A stretch of 63,328 bases of DNA, filler included, from Octopus bimaculoides (GCF_001194135.2; 6 parts of 5 records of this genome joined end to end with filler, not necessarily neighbours in it); one strand, 5' to 3'; counted from the whole stretch's first letter, positions 1-13,120 are shown. Translations and numbers: made by a program. The notes: generated from the letters alone by a model not told the origin.

Positions 1-2031
1 TATATATATATATATATTAATACCTTTAAATTTAACTGAAAACTCCCTTATATGTACAAATATAGTGGTGTATATGTGTCTATGCATGTGCTGCCTTTAA
101 CTTATTTGCTTTTTCTAAGACTAAATGCTTCAGTCTCTTTGAATAAGACACCCACTTGTCTGCGATACTTTTTTCCCCCGTTTATAGCTGTTCCTCTAGT
201 TACCACTACCGTCACTGTTGCATTGTTCACAATAATTGACTCTTATTTTCATATTTATCGATTTAATCTTTTGAATACCGAATCGATATGACGTTGCTAG
301 AAGTTCAATGTATTATTATTTATAAATAGGCTGTCTTTTGTGGAAGAAAAAAAATAATAATAAATGAATAAATCTATAAAAAAAACTCCTACCATAAAAA
401 TTATAAAGCTGTTCAATCGAATCTATTGTAAAAACAATTATAGATTCATAATAATTACCAGATTCTTTTATCAAATCACGACAGCTTCCTCTCCCAGCCG
501 TTAGGAATGCAAGCACTATTCATTAAAATACTGAAGCCGAATTCGATCTCCAACGGCTTGTCTATGCATTAGAAAACGTCTTGACGATCGGGTCTTGTGC
601 AAATTAGACATTAAGATCCTTTCGTAAGCATTCAATGAAAAACGAAAATGAAAAGAAATATATGCGGAAATTAATAGACGCCATGGTGATCAGAAAAAAC
701 TGTCTGTCTCTTCTTAAACATAGCTAATGGACTTTGCCTTTTAACTCAGAATAATAAACTCGACAAAACCTAAAGAAAATATTGGACTAATTATTGTTTA
801 GTCTTTCTGAACGTGCTCTTGGTTTCTTCCTTTTTATTCTGATTCTTTTACTTCAATTTTCTTTCTTTTTAGAGCTAGTTTCTCTCTTTTGTGTCCGTTT
901 TGTTCGTCACTCTTTGGTCTAAACCATAGATCAGAGAATGAATGAAAAAATGTTAACGTAACATATAAAAGAAAAGCGATCAGTTTTTAAGAAGACCGTT
1001 TAGAATACAATCAAATATACACAAATATTAATGTCAATATGATTCAAAGTACACATAAGGCTTTGGCTTCTCATTAAAATATGGCTATCGGTTGGCGGGT
1101 ATTCAACTTATTAACTGGACAGTTTTCTGCAATTTGTAGTTTAACGGGAATTTCAGTATAATCGCTTTACCCATCAGAAATAGTAACCAAATCTCTTGTC
1201 TATCACTCCTTACTGTCTTAAAAATGCAAAGTACATTTGATAATGCACGCATTGTTCCAGGTCTGAAAAGAAGATCAATTGTGATAGATGGGAAGGCTGT
1301 GATAATAACTCTGCTTGAACAGAGCACACATTTAGCAGCAGTAGCATGAAATCTATTAAATACACAGTCCGAGTGAAGATTATAATTCATTAGTATATCG
1401 TAGCTTGCAGAATTCACATCCTTATGTGTTAAAGCAAAGGATGTATTAAAGCAAAGCGATTTTCTTTATAAACGCGCAAGATTATGTAACTTAATAAAGT
1501 GACGACTTACCTGGACTTAAACACGTTCATGAGACTAACGTCATGCCTCAAAATTCAATAAGAGACGGTTCACAAAAAATATAATCGAATAAAGAAATTC
1601 AGAAAACCGTTCAGATGGCTGATGTGTAATCGATCAAATAGAAATCATGTTGAATAATAGGAAAATAAGTTCTGCTTTAATCGAGAACACTTAGCTGCAG
1701 ACTGATGCAGGTTACGTTTAAGTCTTAATGCTGGTTTCAACAGGTTCTCTTGTTTCTTTCAGTAGTGGATCATATTCTCTGTTTCCCTCTTGCCATGCTG
1801 TCTGGCATATTCAATCCCTTATAGTTTCTACCCGATTGTGTAAGAGTATCTTCCTGCTTGAGGTTGCCATAATAAAAATTGTGCTAAAATTTAAAAAATC
1901 TTTTATAGTCATTCATCACGTCAGAAGGTCCAGGTTTGAACTGGCCAAGACTATGGTTATCAGAGATCCAGAAGGAAGTCTATGTTACTGTCTGAACGCA
2001 ACATGTTTCATCATAGAAAGGGAGTAAGTGA

Positions 2032-2247
2032 AGGCGGTGGTTTGGAAGAATGTTAGCACGCCGGGCGAAATGCTTAGAGGTATTTCGTTTGTCTTTACGC
2101 TCTGAGTTCAAATTCCGCCGAGGTCAACTTTACCTTTCATCCTTTCGGGGTCGATAAATTAAGTACCAGTTGCGTACTGGGGTTGATCTAATCGACTGGT
2201 CCCTTCCACCAAAATGTCAATCCTAGTGCCTAGAGTAGAAAAGAATA
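2032..2247 (+). mobile_element. tRNA-derived SINE, family A (full length)
   Basis: A-box-like TGGAAGAATGTTAG and B-box GAGTTCAAATTCC; body CCTTTCGGGGTCGATAAATTAAGTACCAGTTG..TACTGGGGTTGAT; tail GTGCCTAGAGTAGAAAAG. More than 10 homologous copies are visible in the window. Confidence 0.85.
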
Positions 2248-2923
2248 CAGATAAACATGTAAAATATCACTCGTCATTTGCCTCGTCTGACATACACTGC
2301 TCATATGGGAATGAAACATTTTGATTGCATATATTTAAAAAAGAATGTGATACTTTTGTTTATTTACTACTTTAACAAAGTATAATTTATACACTTCACT
2401 GAGCTGTCGTATACAGGGGTTCAGATTACTGTCTAGCATAGACAATTCTCCTCTAGGCTTCAGCTATGCCAATGAAAAATGCAACCTTTGGCTTCCAGGA
2501 CGCATTTTTGAGGCATATTTTAGGAAAGAAGTAGCAAATTCCACGAGGAGAAATACGGTGTGTGTATAGACATACATACATACATACATATATATATANN
2601 NNNNNNNNNNNNNNNNNNNNNNNNNNNNNNNNNNNNNNNNNNNNNNNNNNNNNNNNNNNNNNNNNNNNNNNNNNNNNNNNNNNNNNNNNNNNNNNNNNNN
2701 NNNNNNNNNNNNNNNNNNNNNNNNNNNNNNNNNNNNNNNNNNNNNNNNNNNNNNNNNNNNNNNNNNNNNNNNNNNNNNNNNNNNNNNNNNNNNNNNNNNN
2801 NNNNNNNNNNNNNNNNNNNNNNNNNNNNNNNNNNNNNNNNNNNNNNNNNNNNNNNNNNNNNNNNNNNNNNNNNNNNNNNNNNNNNNNNNNNNNNNNNNNN
2901 NNNNNNNNNNNNNNNNNNNNNNN

Positions 2924-2966
<43 letters not shown>

Positions 2967-3738
2967 GACCAATTTAATATTCAGTAACTACTCACCTCAT
3001 GAATTTTCAGAAAATACTTTCTCGTGTATCAAACATTTTAGTACTAAACAAGCCTATATATTTTACAATTATTAATATAATTCTTTATATATATTGACAA
3101 TGTTTCACTGGCAACATTTCTTTTAAAACAAGTTTAAAAGACAAACAAAATCTTCATCCTACTTGAAAATATTTATTGAAATAACTATTTAATTTATTGA
3201 AAGATAGGTGTGCTAATTGTATGTCACATTCTACAATCTTGCAAGCTTGCCAACAGTATTACCACAAAAGAAGGTACTTGTCGTGAACAAGTTACATTTG
3301 CTTTTTCTTTAATAACTCTCTGGTTGTCCATCACTAATTCAGTTAGACAATCGTTTTCTACCTAAATCAGAATTTCGTATTCGGATGCAGGTACTGCATT
3401 CAGAAATAAAACGCTTAAATCACTTTCCCTTTAATCTTATTTTGTGAAAATTGGTAAATCCAAGATTCCAAGAATGTAGTGTTCAGCTCTTTCACAGCAG
3501 AATTAGTAGCTACGTAAGTCTGTATAAAAATGCAGTACACTTACTCATATATTCATGCACAATGGACACTTCCGTAAACTTTGCCGAAGAGTATATCCCG
3601 ACAGTATACAGACAAATTTATCTACATACATGCATATATAAACACATACATACATACATGAATGATCATGGAATTGTACCTATAAACTTACCTTCCGAAG
3701 CATAAGGCTAGGCAAGGTTGGTTATGGAAGACAGCTTA

Positions 3739-3894
3739 GCACCAGAGACGTTGCAACTCATTTCTACAGCTGAGTTAACTGGACAACGTGAAAAAAGTAT
3801 CTAGCTCACCAACACCACACACAGCCAAGTCCGGGAATCGAGGGCGCTCACTCAAAATTGTGAGCTCGACGTTCTAACTACTGAGTCATGCGCC
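3739..3894 (-). mobile_element. tRNA-derived SINE, family C (CORE-like central domain)
   Basis: Minus strand reads GGCGCATGACTCAGTAGTTAG (A box)...CTCGATTCCCGG (B box)...TTTCACGTTGTCCAGTTAACTCAGCTGTAGAAATGAGTTGC; homologous to 8502-8722 and 60320-60510. Confidence 0.7.
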
Positions 3895-3897
3895 TAC

Positions 3898-3929
<32 letters not shown>

Positions 3930-4284
3930 GTCCTTCTCAAAGTGGACAATATCAACTTCTGGGAGCGGAATATTTTATACAGATGTTAGGGGCCAAGGAA
4001 GCCGTCAGAGATGTTAGGTGCCACCGTACTGTTTTTCAAATTTCCTTCTCTTTTATAATTGTCTTTAAACATATCTAAATGTAACATTATTATCACTTGT
4101 TTGTTAACCACAATCGCAAGAACAATACGCATATCGAAAAATATGGGTAGAGAAGTAGATATGTACGTATGCATCCAGGCATGCTTCCACCCATCCCTCC
4201 AAACATACACACACGCATACACACCCACACAAATACAGATATGCACATACATACATACCTCCATACGGTACGTATACATAATAT

Positions 4285-4538
4285 GCAGGGGGTGAGAAAG
4301 TAGTTATACAGTAAGTATCACATGAATGTTATAATACTTAATTCCTTACAGTTATTAGCACATTAAATTAGTTAGCCACAGTTTTTATATTTTCGGTGTC
4401 ATTCATCATAATAATACATTTAACATAACTATAATAATATTTCTATCGTAACTTTTAAAAATTTTAATAAAAAATAAATGAGTATTTTATGAGTTTTATT
4501 TTTCCTAACAGTATACCTACTTTTGCACCACCCTATGT
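4285..4538. mobile_element. Degenerate Tc1/mariner-type MITE
   Basis: Imperfect TIRs: left CAGGGGGTGAGAAAGTAGTTATAC (~4286); right GTATACCTACTTTTGCACCACCCTATGTA (~4511-4538); AT-rich interior. Confidence 0.5.
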
Positions 4539-5088
4539 ATATCTATTGGAATTTAAATATATAAACTTACATTTAGCATTGTGTCTGCACATATGTGTGT
4601 GTGTGTGTGCGTGAGTTTTAGTATACGACGTTTTTATGTTTATACTTTACGAGGTGTTTCGTTTTCTTGGCCTCTACGGATTTCTAAATATGATTAACAG
4701 TTTTATTATTAGTACCACTGAGATGTAGTCGGCTCCTCCATCTTAGCGTCTAATTATTTGGCAATTCTATTAAGCAGTAGAATCCCTTAGCTTTCTGATT
4801 GAATCCACTGGTAATTTCACGCATAGAATAAATCACTTTGATGTTAGATATTTTTGTGTTTCATTTTCATAAATTAATTGTAAGTAGACAATACAAGAGG
4901 CGCACATTCTTTAAAACTCGTATTTCATTTTATAGAAGATGTTTGAAGAGAAATTTTTCACGGAATATCAGATATTCGACATTCTTCAATACTATTGGAG
5001 CCGCACAGGTGAATAGACGTAGGCAACACTTTTAGAAGATTTAGCTTTGAGAATCAGAAAATCGATGAAACAAAACCGGAAGATTTCT

Positions 5089-5188
5089 NNNNNNNNNNNN
5101 NNNNNNNNNNNNNNNNNNNNNNNNNNNNNNNNTTAATTAATTAANNNNNNNNNNNNNNNNNNNNNNNNNNNNNNNNNNNNNNNNNNNN
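5089..5188. other. Assembly spacer N44-TTAATTAATTAA-N44 (also 10308-10407, 34828-34927, 44248-44347, 61097-61196)
   Basis: Identical 100-bp construct five times, with an all-frame stop linker flanked by Ns; marks joins of unknown size. Confidence 0.95.
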
Positions 5189-5250
<62 letters not shown>

Positions 5251-5390
5251 CACAGGTTTATGAAAATTTTACTTGTTAATACAAATTCGGTGTGTTGCGT
5301 TCTATTACTTAATAAATGAAAAAAATGTATGGTCACCCTCTCACAAGTATATCTATGTATATACACATGCATGTGTGTATGTGTGTGAGT

Positions 5391-5623
5391 GTCTTTGTGT
5401 TTGTGTTTGTTCCCTTACCACCACTTGACTACCGGCGTTGGTGTGCTTACGTCACTGTGACTTGGCGGATCGGCAAAAGACACCGATAGAATAAATATCA
5501 GGCTTTAAAAAGTAAACACTGCGGTCGATACATTCGAATAAAAATTATAAAAATTCTTCATGGCGGTGCTCCAGCATGGCCGCACCCTAATGACTGAAGC
5601 AAGTAAAAAATAAAAGATAAAAG
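5391..5623 (+). mobile_element. SINE family B, 3' half
   Basis: TGTGTTTGTTCCC..CCACTTGAC..CCGG..GGTGTG...GGCGGTGCTCCAGCATGGCCGCA..AATGACTGAAGCAAGTAAAA; matches the 3' half of 15814-16385. Confidence 0.8.
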
Positions 5624-5659
5624 AAGTGTATGTCGTTGAAATTTCGCATTCTGATACAA

Positions 5660-6625
5660 TAAATTCTTCCTCTATACAGAGGCACCATGGAATAATTTCA
5701 GATGTGCCTTATCCAATTCTTCACAATCCTTTTCACTCCGTCTGAGTCATCAAATTGCCAACTCGAAAATCTGTCATTCATTGGACCGAACATATGGAAG
5801 TCGGAGGCTGCAGATCCGGACTGTGGGGTCACTGAAGCATCACCGACCGGTCCAATTTGCCAATCACCTGATGTGTTGCTAAAAATGTGTGTGACCGGGT
5901 AATGTCATAGTTGTTGATTGTCTTGTTTTTTTGGAGTTTTTTTTAGATTCTAGATTCTTGTTCAGTGTCTTCTTCCTTATAACTTTTCAAGACTTTCTGA
6001 GTCTCTCTCTATGTACAGCTTGCTATTCATTGTACAGTCACATTCCAGAAAATCGAGGAGAATGACGCCTTTGTCAGCCCCTCAGACAGTCGCCATGACG
6101 TCCAGTAGCAATCGCAGGCTCTTTGACTACTTAGGCCATGGAGAGGAGGTGTGATGTCAGTCCATGAGCTGAACTTTCGTTTCCAGATCATAGAGATACC
6201 CAACGTTCTCTCCCTTGTCACTAAATCGGTGTTTGTTTTCAAATACATCCAGTAGATCAGAGACTTCTACCATTATCTCCTTCAAACTGGGTGTTAGCTG
6301 CTGAGATATCCGCTTTTCTAACACTTTGCTATACCCAAAGTCTTCTGCCATGTAACACATTGTGACTAAAGTCCAGTTGGACAGCAGGCTCACGAATTGT
6401 GGCTGCAAATTAATCTGTCCATTCGCTGGAGATTCGTGTCAATAGCTGCAGTTGATAGTATTCCACAATGTGGGTTGTTTCAATGCTGGTTTACCCTTCT
6501 TTAAACTTCTTCAAGTGCACATTTCTCTTGTCAGCGGAACCATCTCTATAAACACACTACAGACTTCTGTCGGTATTGGACAACCTACACTCCTCCTTCG
6601 TCAAGAACATGATGACAGCACAAGG
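5660..6625 (-). pseudogene. Mariner (D,D34D) transposase pseudogene
   Basis: Manual minus-strand translation, with stops and frameshifts: AVIMFLTKEEC..VYRDGSADKRNVH.LKKFKEG (HTH), GENVGYLYDLETKVQLMD (~GDETWxxxYDPETKxQSMEW), VMATV*GADKGVILLDFLE, YDITRSH (~HDNARPH), HSPDL/ASDFHMFGPM (~YSPDLAPSD). Confidence 0.9.
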
Positions 6626-6800
6626 GAAACAATCAGAAAGAAGAATTACTACAGAGAAAGAGTTGATCTATAAATCTTTGCAATTTGGACTACTTCTGGC
6701 TGTAATAACATAGTCATAGTCACTTTTTTCATTACTCTTTGTGCAGCACCCGTATATCAATGAGGGTCTGAGGATACTAATGTTAGTTTACATCGGTTAC

Positions 6801-6910
6801 AAGTTTGTAATATTTGATACATCTGTATGCTGTGAGAACAAAAGTTTTTTAAAAATTATTTAATAAAGTTTGTAATATTTGATCCGTTCATATGCAGTGA
6901 GAATACAAGT
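6801..6910 (+). repeat. Diverged ~65-bp tandem duplication
   Basis: AAGTTTGTAATATTTGAT...TATGC.GTGAGAA at 6801 and again at ~6866. Confidence 0.7.
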
Positions 6911-7189
6911 GTCATTTATAAAAGTTTGTATGACGTCGGGAAGCAAAAATTATGATGTTTCAAACAGTTTAGTTTATCAGAAACAAAGTGTGTTTCGAAT
7001 TTATCTGAACATATATGAGACTGAAGAATGTGATGAATGAGAAATAAAAAGAAAAAAATAGTGTACGTAAGGAGGAGATAACCAAATGAAAAGTGAATTA
7101 AAAGTAGGTCAGTGAACAATGCGAAATATTTGTATTTATGTATATGTATATACATATATGTATTCTACGTGCGCGCGCAAAGATTTATG

Positions 7190-7400
<211 letters not shown>

Positions 7401-8193
7401 ATAACGGAAGAGGATTGATATGTTTAAAAATATTGTTTTAGTCTTTATTAGATTACATTTCTGATTGGTAAGAACGTTTTCTTTATCATTTTTTAAATGT
7501 AATACTGTACAGGGCTCGTGTTCCGTTAAAGTTAGTACTTTATTAACTATCTGTAGGTTGCTAGATATATTTTAGTTTCTAAATTTAGAGTTTGGTACGT
7601 ACTGGAGTTAGGTCTTTTATTAATTTGGGTGATACTGTTTGAACGAATCTAATTTATACGATTATAAGTAACGTTTAGAAACTCTAGAAACTTAAAATTC
7701 TCTTCCGATGTAACTCTACACCATTGGTTGCGGAAGGTATGATCACTTTCTTTCGGAGTTGTATCAAATTCTATTGGGGATTTTTACAACATTTAACTTA
7801 ACTTCTGAATTGGTTTATTATGCTCACATTCATAAACATCAAAATTTGATGAAGACAAGTTTAAAACGATTTATAATAAGCACATGCTGACATCATTCAG
7901 AACCCAGCTCGAGGTGTTTTGAGACACAAAGTCTACGAAGAGAAATTCTTCTCCGCAGAAAAGAGTCCCACACAACGAACTTCTTCCACGTTCTGGTCCA
8001 CGAAAACGTATAAAATATATATTTTAATTACGTCCGATGTAAACAAGCAAGTTTGTTTTCGAAGCGCTGAAATGTATTGTAGAACAAGTAGAGAAATAGA
8101 TTTTAATCAACGCGTAAATACTGAACAGTATATTTATATATAATGGATAAAATCCTTTTTTTTTTTCTTTTAAAAGCAGAAAAATTGTCGGCA

Positions 8194-8266
8194 ACCAGCC
8201 ATGAGGATCGAACTCACACCCTTCCAATATCCGGTTGGAATGCTCTACCGTCTAAGCTAAGCCGCC
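8194..8266 (-). ncRNA. Solo tRNA-like Pol III unit or pseudo-tRNA (non-canonical cloverleaf)
   Basis: Minus strand: TAGCTTAGACGGTAGAGC (A box, D arm), TTCCAA-CCGGATA-TTGGAA (6-bp stem), GTGAG-TTCGATC-CTCAT (T arm, B box). A T5 terminator follows ~10 nt downstream (plus 8180-8184). The canonical acceptor stem pairs poorly. Confidence 0.5.
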
Positions 8267-8501
8267 TGACTGCCAAATCTTTTAATTAACAAGAGTCGAG
8301 TCGCCTGCTCACGTATTTTTGCACATGATACGGAAGAAATTACAATATCACGTTTTCGAACATGCTACTAAATCGAAGAAAATACGTTTCCACAAATATT
8401 AACGAATAGATAAAACGTAACACATTTTTCAAAGGCACGTAATCTTTGAATCAACGATGTTCCAACCACAATTACCAAGTTTGCTTTTTCAGTCAAGTTT
8501 A

Positions 8502-8722
8502 GGGCTATCCTAGTGTTTAGCCTGTTGGACTCAGTTTCAATAGGTTCGATTCCTAACCGAGCTCAGACAATAGGTTCGATTCCCTAACTGAACTGCATAC
8601 GTTCTTTTTGTAAGACACTTTATTTCACGTTGCTCCACTCCGCTCAGCTAAAAATGAGTTGCGTCAACAGTCGAGGTCACGCTTCGCAAACCGTTAGCCC
8701 TAAATCTGGTAAATGCAAGATG
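8502..8722 (+). mobile_element. SINE family C with duplicated B-box segment
   Basis: CAATAGGTTCGATTCC occurs twice (~8537, ~8567), then GTAAGACACTTTATTTCACGTTGCTCCACTCCGCTCAGCTAAAAATGAGTTGC. Confidence 0.65.
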
Positions 8723-8756
8723 GGAACGCATCTCGATGACTAAAGCACGCTGGTGG

Positions 8757-8772
8757 ATGGTGATGCTGCTAC

Positions 8773-8813
<41 letters not shown>

Positions 8814-8927
8814 ACGACGACGAGGGGGAGGAGGGGGGAGAAGAAGAAGAAGAAGAAGAAGAAGAAGAAGAAGAAGAAGAAGAAGAAGAAGAAGAAGAAG
8901 GAGGAGGAGGAGGAAGAGGAGGAGGAT
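8757..8927. repeat. Compound trinucleotide array (GCT)n(GAT)n(GAG)n(GAA)n(GGA)n
   Basis: Direct inspection; explains ORFs 8736-8999 and 8753-8953. Confidence 0.95.
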
Positions 8928-9174
8928 GTGACTTACAAGCTGGAGGCTTCTAAATCTAGGAATTCGAGTGACCGCTTAGAAGTTCTCCCTCCTTGTTAAA
9001 TTTCAAAATTTGTTGTTTTAACCACTTGTGGAGCACACATACAGACGAATAAACATTTCTAGCTGCGACCATCATGTCATGTTAGGCACTGAGTTCCCCA
9101 CACCACCGACTATACTTTCCAATGTGCTCTGTAAAAAAATGGATGATTTGAGAGAGATTTGACAACTATTTCTA

Positions 9175-9301
9175 CAGGGTGTCCACAAACTCTGGGTACA
9201 TGAGGATTAATACATACTTTAAGACATTATTATTTCTTATATTTAATTGTTTATGTTACGATTTTATTGACTCCATTTACCCCGACTTTGTGGACACCCT
9301 G
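9175..9301. mobile_element. 127-bp Tc1/mariner MITE with TA TSD
   Basis: TA-CAGGGTGTCCACAAA...TTTGTGGACACCCTG-TA; perfect 15-bp TIR, with the imperfect match extending to ~25 bp. Confidence 0.9.
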
Positions 9302-9959
9302 TATAAAGCGAAGTGACCGCATAATCTCCCCTTTTTTTTAAATGTTGTTGTTTAAATTCTGGTCAGTCTTTATCCAACGGTTTTTGAACGAAAGTGTTCT
9401 AGATATAATCATGATGTCATTTTTTAGACAGCCTGGATAGAACACTTTTTTATTACTTTTAAAACGGTGGATTATAATTAGAGGGAAGCTAATGGCTATG
9501 TCTTGCAAATCCTGTGACTGCTGTGAGCAACGACTACCAACGGTTTATTATCGTTACCTATTTTGATCTTTTATTGGAGAAATATTCCTCAATTTTCGCT
9601 TGCGGTAAATGATTTGCTGTGGCCTTCATGCCTATTGTATAACATATTCATGAAGACTTTTACATTTTATCAAATACTATTAAAGTGAGACACTTGTCTT
9701 CGTGACCCTTTCAGCACTATATTGCGACCATAGGTTTCGAATAGACAAACTGTTGACATAGTGTCACAGACAAGAAGCACTAAATTCTTCTCAAAATATG
9801 AAATCAAGCAAATTTTCTATAAAATGTCAGGGAAATAAATAAATAAATTTCTCTGGAAAATAGTTTTAACTGCTTTTAATTTGGTCAGCGTTACATTCCA
9901 TTCACTTAAATTCTGTTCGCCCAGGATCGATAAAATAGACTGCAAGTCCAAAGTACATT

Positions 9960-10080
9960 GTTTACATTATTTACAGTTGACGGATATTTGTCCTCATCTT
10001 GTTTGCTGTTCACACAACGTTACGGCTGATATACCCTCCAGCCTTCATCAGGTGTCTTGGGGATATTTTGAACCTGGGTT
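9960..10080 (-). mobile_element. Penelope-like terminal repeat fragment carrying a mutated hammerhead motif (10012-10056)
   Basis: Minus strand: GACAC-CTGATGA-A-GGCTG(gagggtatat)CAGCC-GTAA-CGT-T-GTGT. Helices I and II are intact; GAAA is mutated to GTAA. Confidence 0.7.
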
Positions 10081-10140
10081 CAAAGTACATTTGACAACTA
10101 TTTCTATAAAGTCCAAAGTACATTTTATAGAAGATTTATC

Positions 10141-10306
10141 TTATTTTTCTATTCTTTTATTTGTTTCAGTCATTTGACTGTGCCCATGCTGGAGCACCGC
10201 CTTTAGTCGAACAAATCGGCCCCAGGACTTATTCTTTGTAACCCTAGTACTTATTCTATCGGTCTCTTTTTGCCGAAACGCTAAGTTACGGGGACGTAAA
10301 CACTCT
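10141..10306 (-). mobile_element. SINE family B, 3' half
   Basis: Reverse complement of the family B tail (CATGCTGGAGCACCGCCTTTAGTCGA...CTAAGTTACGGGGACGTAAAC); truncated by the spacer. Confidence 0.85.
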
Positions 10307-10407
10307 ANNNNNNNNNNNNNNNNNNNNNNNNNNNNNNNNNNNNNNNNNNNNTTAATTAATTAANNNNNNNNNNNNNNNNNNNNNNNNNNNNNNNNNNNNN
10401 NNNNNNN

Positions 10408-10446
<39 letters not shown>

Positions 10447-11339
10447 CGAGCATGTGTGTGTGCGCGTGCATGTGTGTGTGTGTGTGTGTATGTGCGTGAG
10501 TCCATGTAAGTGTGAGTGAGTGTGTGTATGCCTTTATTATTTATTGTTCTTTACAGTGAATATATTAAAGACCTCAGAAAGTTAGATTTATCTCTCTCTC
10601 TCTCTTTCTCTTTCTCTCTCCTTCTCTTTCTCTCTCTGTACTTCTGAAATTCTCAACAAATTCATTGACGCCTCTTAGGAATATTTAATGAAGGAATCAT
10701 CATAGGCCTTGCATAGATATTTCATTTTTATCACTTCATAATGTTTGTCCAAATTTCTGTAGAGTTTTTTCCCAATATATTTTAAATGGATATTAGATTT
10801 TCATATGAATAATACATAAATAAATATAATAGTATTTTGCTGCATTCTTTTCGGAATATTCTTTCCTACTTATACATTTGTTTTTAAGTAATTTCTCCAT
10901 TCCTTATGTTTAAACAATACGAAAACTAAATAAAAATAATATAAATTAATATATGCGTATATGAAATGACAATAGGTGAACATACGTGTTAATATCTTAA
11001 TAATACAAGAGATATAAAAATATACCGATTGGCATAACTATTTAATCTTTATATATCTATCTATCGGAGTAATTCTGTTTCTTTTTCACTGACTCATTAC
11101 CTAACCCATTCCTTATTCATCTGTATATCTTTGTACGGATTTTCCATATTATCAACTCTGCTCTTAATTGTGTGTATCTATATATAAATGTGTGTTTATG
11201 TGTATGTAAATATGTATGTATGTATGTATGTATTTATACATGTATATATATATATATATANNNNNNNNNNNNNNNNNNNNNNNNNNNNNNNNNNNNNNNN
11301 NNNNNNNNNNNNNNNNTATGTATGTATTCTTTTGCATGG

Positions 11340-11760
11340 AACTATTCGTAGTGACTTCGAAGCTTCGGCTGCCTTTTCTTCCTCTGCCTCATGAAAGAAA
11401 GGTAGCTGAAAATTCGAAGTCACTGTCAGCCCTTTCCTTGTAAATGTTACCGTATCTAAACATTGATAAAAAGTATTGGTTAATCTTACAGCTGTGAGCT
11501 TTTTTCTGAATAGCCCGATGAGTTCATCGACCTTGGTATCGTCGTAGTTAGCTATAGACATGCCGACTCTAGATCGCCTTTCTTCTCGCAGTAGGAATCG
11601 TCATTAACCAAGATTTACTTTCTAGCGTGCATAACGATACTAACGTCATGGTCACTGAAACTTTTACTTAGTGCTAACAGTTCTGTAATGCATTCCCATG
11701 TCCATAACCACATTCAGTACAACACCAACTCCAGTCTTCTGCGTATCTTGACGGATTTTC
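11340..11760 (-). pseudogene. Possible degraded APE endonuclease fragment of an RTE-type LINE
   Basis: Scattered motifs GVGVVL, ANYDDTKVDEL (~xDYDDEEVDEF), RLTNTFYQ (~LxIxNTFFQ), with deletions and stops. Confidence 0.35.
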
Positions 11761-12927
11761 CTGTCGTTCAAGAATCCGTGTCAGGACGGTAATAAATGAT
11801 TATCATAATTCCAAGATATACTCATGTTGCCTATACGTTGTTAGTAACCAAATAAATAAAGAAATAATTAAACAGATTCTAAGCACTGTCTCAATATTGG
11901 AATGATATTGTCTATTAGACACCGATACTGTCTAGGCATGACGTAATCACCTGTGGGGCTGAGGGCTTTCCATATTCCTCTTAGAGATGCAAATTTCTCG
12001 AGCATTGTCTGTAATCCTTTTATACCCTCCATGATAAATCTTTCATTAAAACTTCACCACAAAACGTGGTGTTTGCACACTTGCACATATACATATTTAC
12101 CCACATACATACATACACACACTCACCACACATACATACACACACTCACCACGCATACATACACACACATATATACGCTCTCTCTATATATCTCATATGA
12201 ATATTAGCAACAAAAACGTTTAGACCTTCAAACGAAAGACTTTACTGTATATGTATGTATATCAACTTTACTGCTCTCCGAACTTCTAGAACCAGGAAAC
12301 ACTATTCAAACATATGACTCACTGCGCCGATGATGTCTATCTAATCTCGCAGTCCCCTTTTTTTTTGCCTCTCCCATTCTTCTCATCTTTTGATGCCAGC
12401 GATGAAGAAATGAATATTTTGCAATCCTCAAACCTGTGCATCAACTATTTTCATCCTTTACATGCATTACATGTAAAAATTCCTAGATCGTTTTTGCGAT
12501 ATTCTCGATCGTGGTTCTGCTTTCACAGACCGAACTTGGGGTTAAGATCCATCACACGTTTGAATCCCTATTACCACTAAAATTTAAAGAAACGGACTAC
12601 ACCTATAATACCAAGAACCACAGAAAAAATATAACGCTTAAAGAGCCGTTCAACTTACTAGATATTGCTGCTAAAACTTCCTCAAAAAGACACCCGGTGT
12701 TTTAGAGAGAAAACGAAAAGGGATAATTTAATTATGGAGGCTCACTAGCAGGAGGAATGACTTGAGAGTTACAGCTTCAAATGTCGATCAAACCTGATAG
12801 GGGACTAAGCAACAGCAGTATATATTTCTGTTACAGCAGCTGAAACAGTTGTAGCAAATGTACCATCAACAGATGCGGTAGCGTCAATTGAAGACGAAGG
12901 CATTTGTATTTGAGGTGGGTAGTAAAA

Positions 12928-13120
12928 GGGGGAGCAGGCAGAACCGTTAGAGTGATGGAAAAAAGCTTTGCAATATTTGATCTGGCTCTTTACATTCTGA
13001 GTTCAATTTCTACCGACGAAAATTTGCCTTTCATCACTAAAATAAAGTACTAGGCTCAATACAATACTATGATTCACTCCCCTCAAATTTAGTCTCTTTC
13101 AGCCTATATTAGAAATCATT
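12928..13120 (+). mobile_element. Degraded SINE family A
   Basis: GCAGAACCGTTAG...TACATTCTGAGTTCAATTTC...GCCTTTCATC..AAAATAAAGTAC. Confidence 0.6.

Noticed and set aside
1103-2027. ORFs 1103-1417(-) and 1728-2027(+)
   Set aside because: No recognisable motifs or exon boundaries; lengths are compatible with chance.
5133-5144. TTAATTAATTAA repeated five times at wide spacing, as a biological motif or CRISPR-like repeat
   Set aside because: Always centred in exactly 44+44 Ns; an artificial all-frame-stop spacer. No CRISPR array exists in the window.
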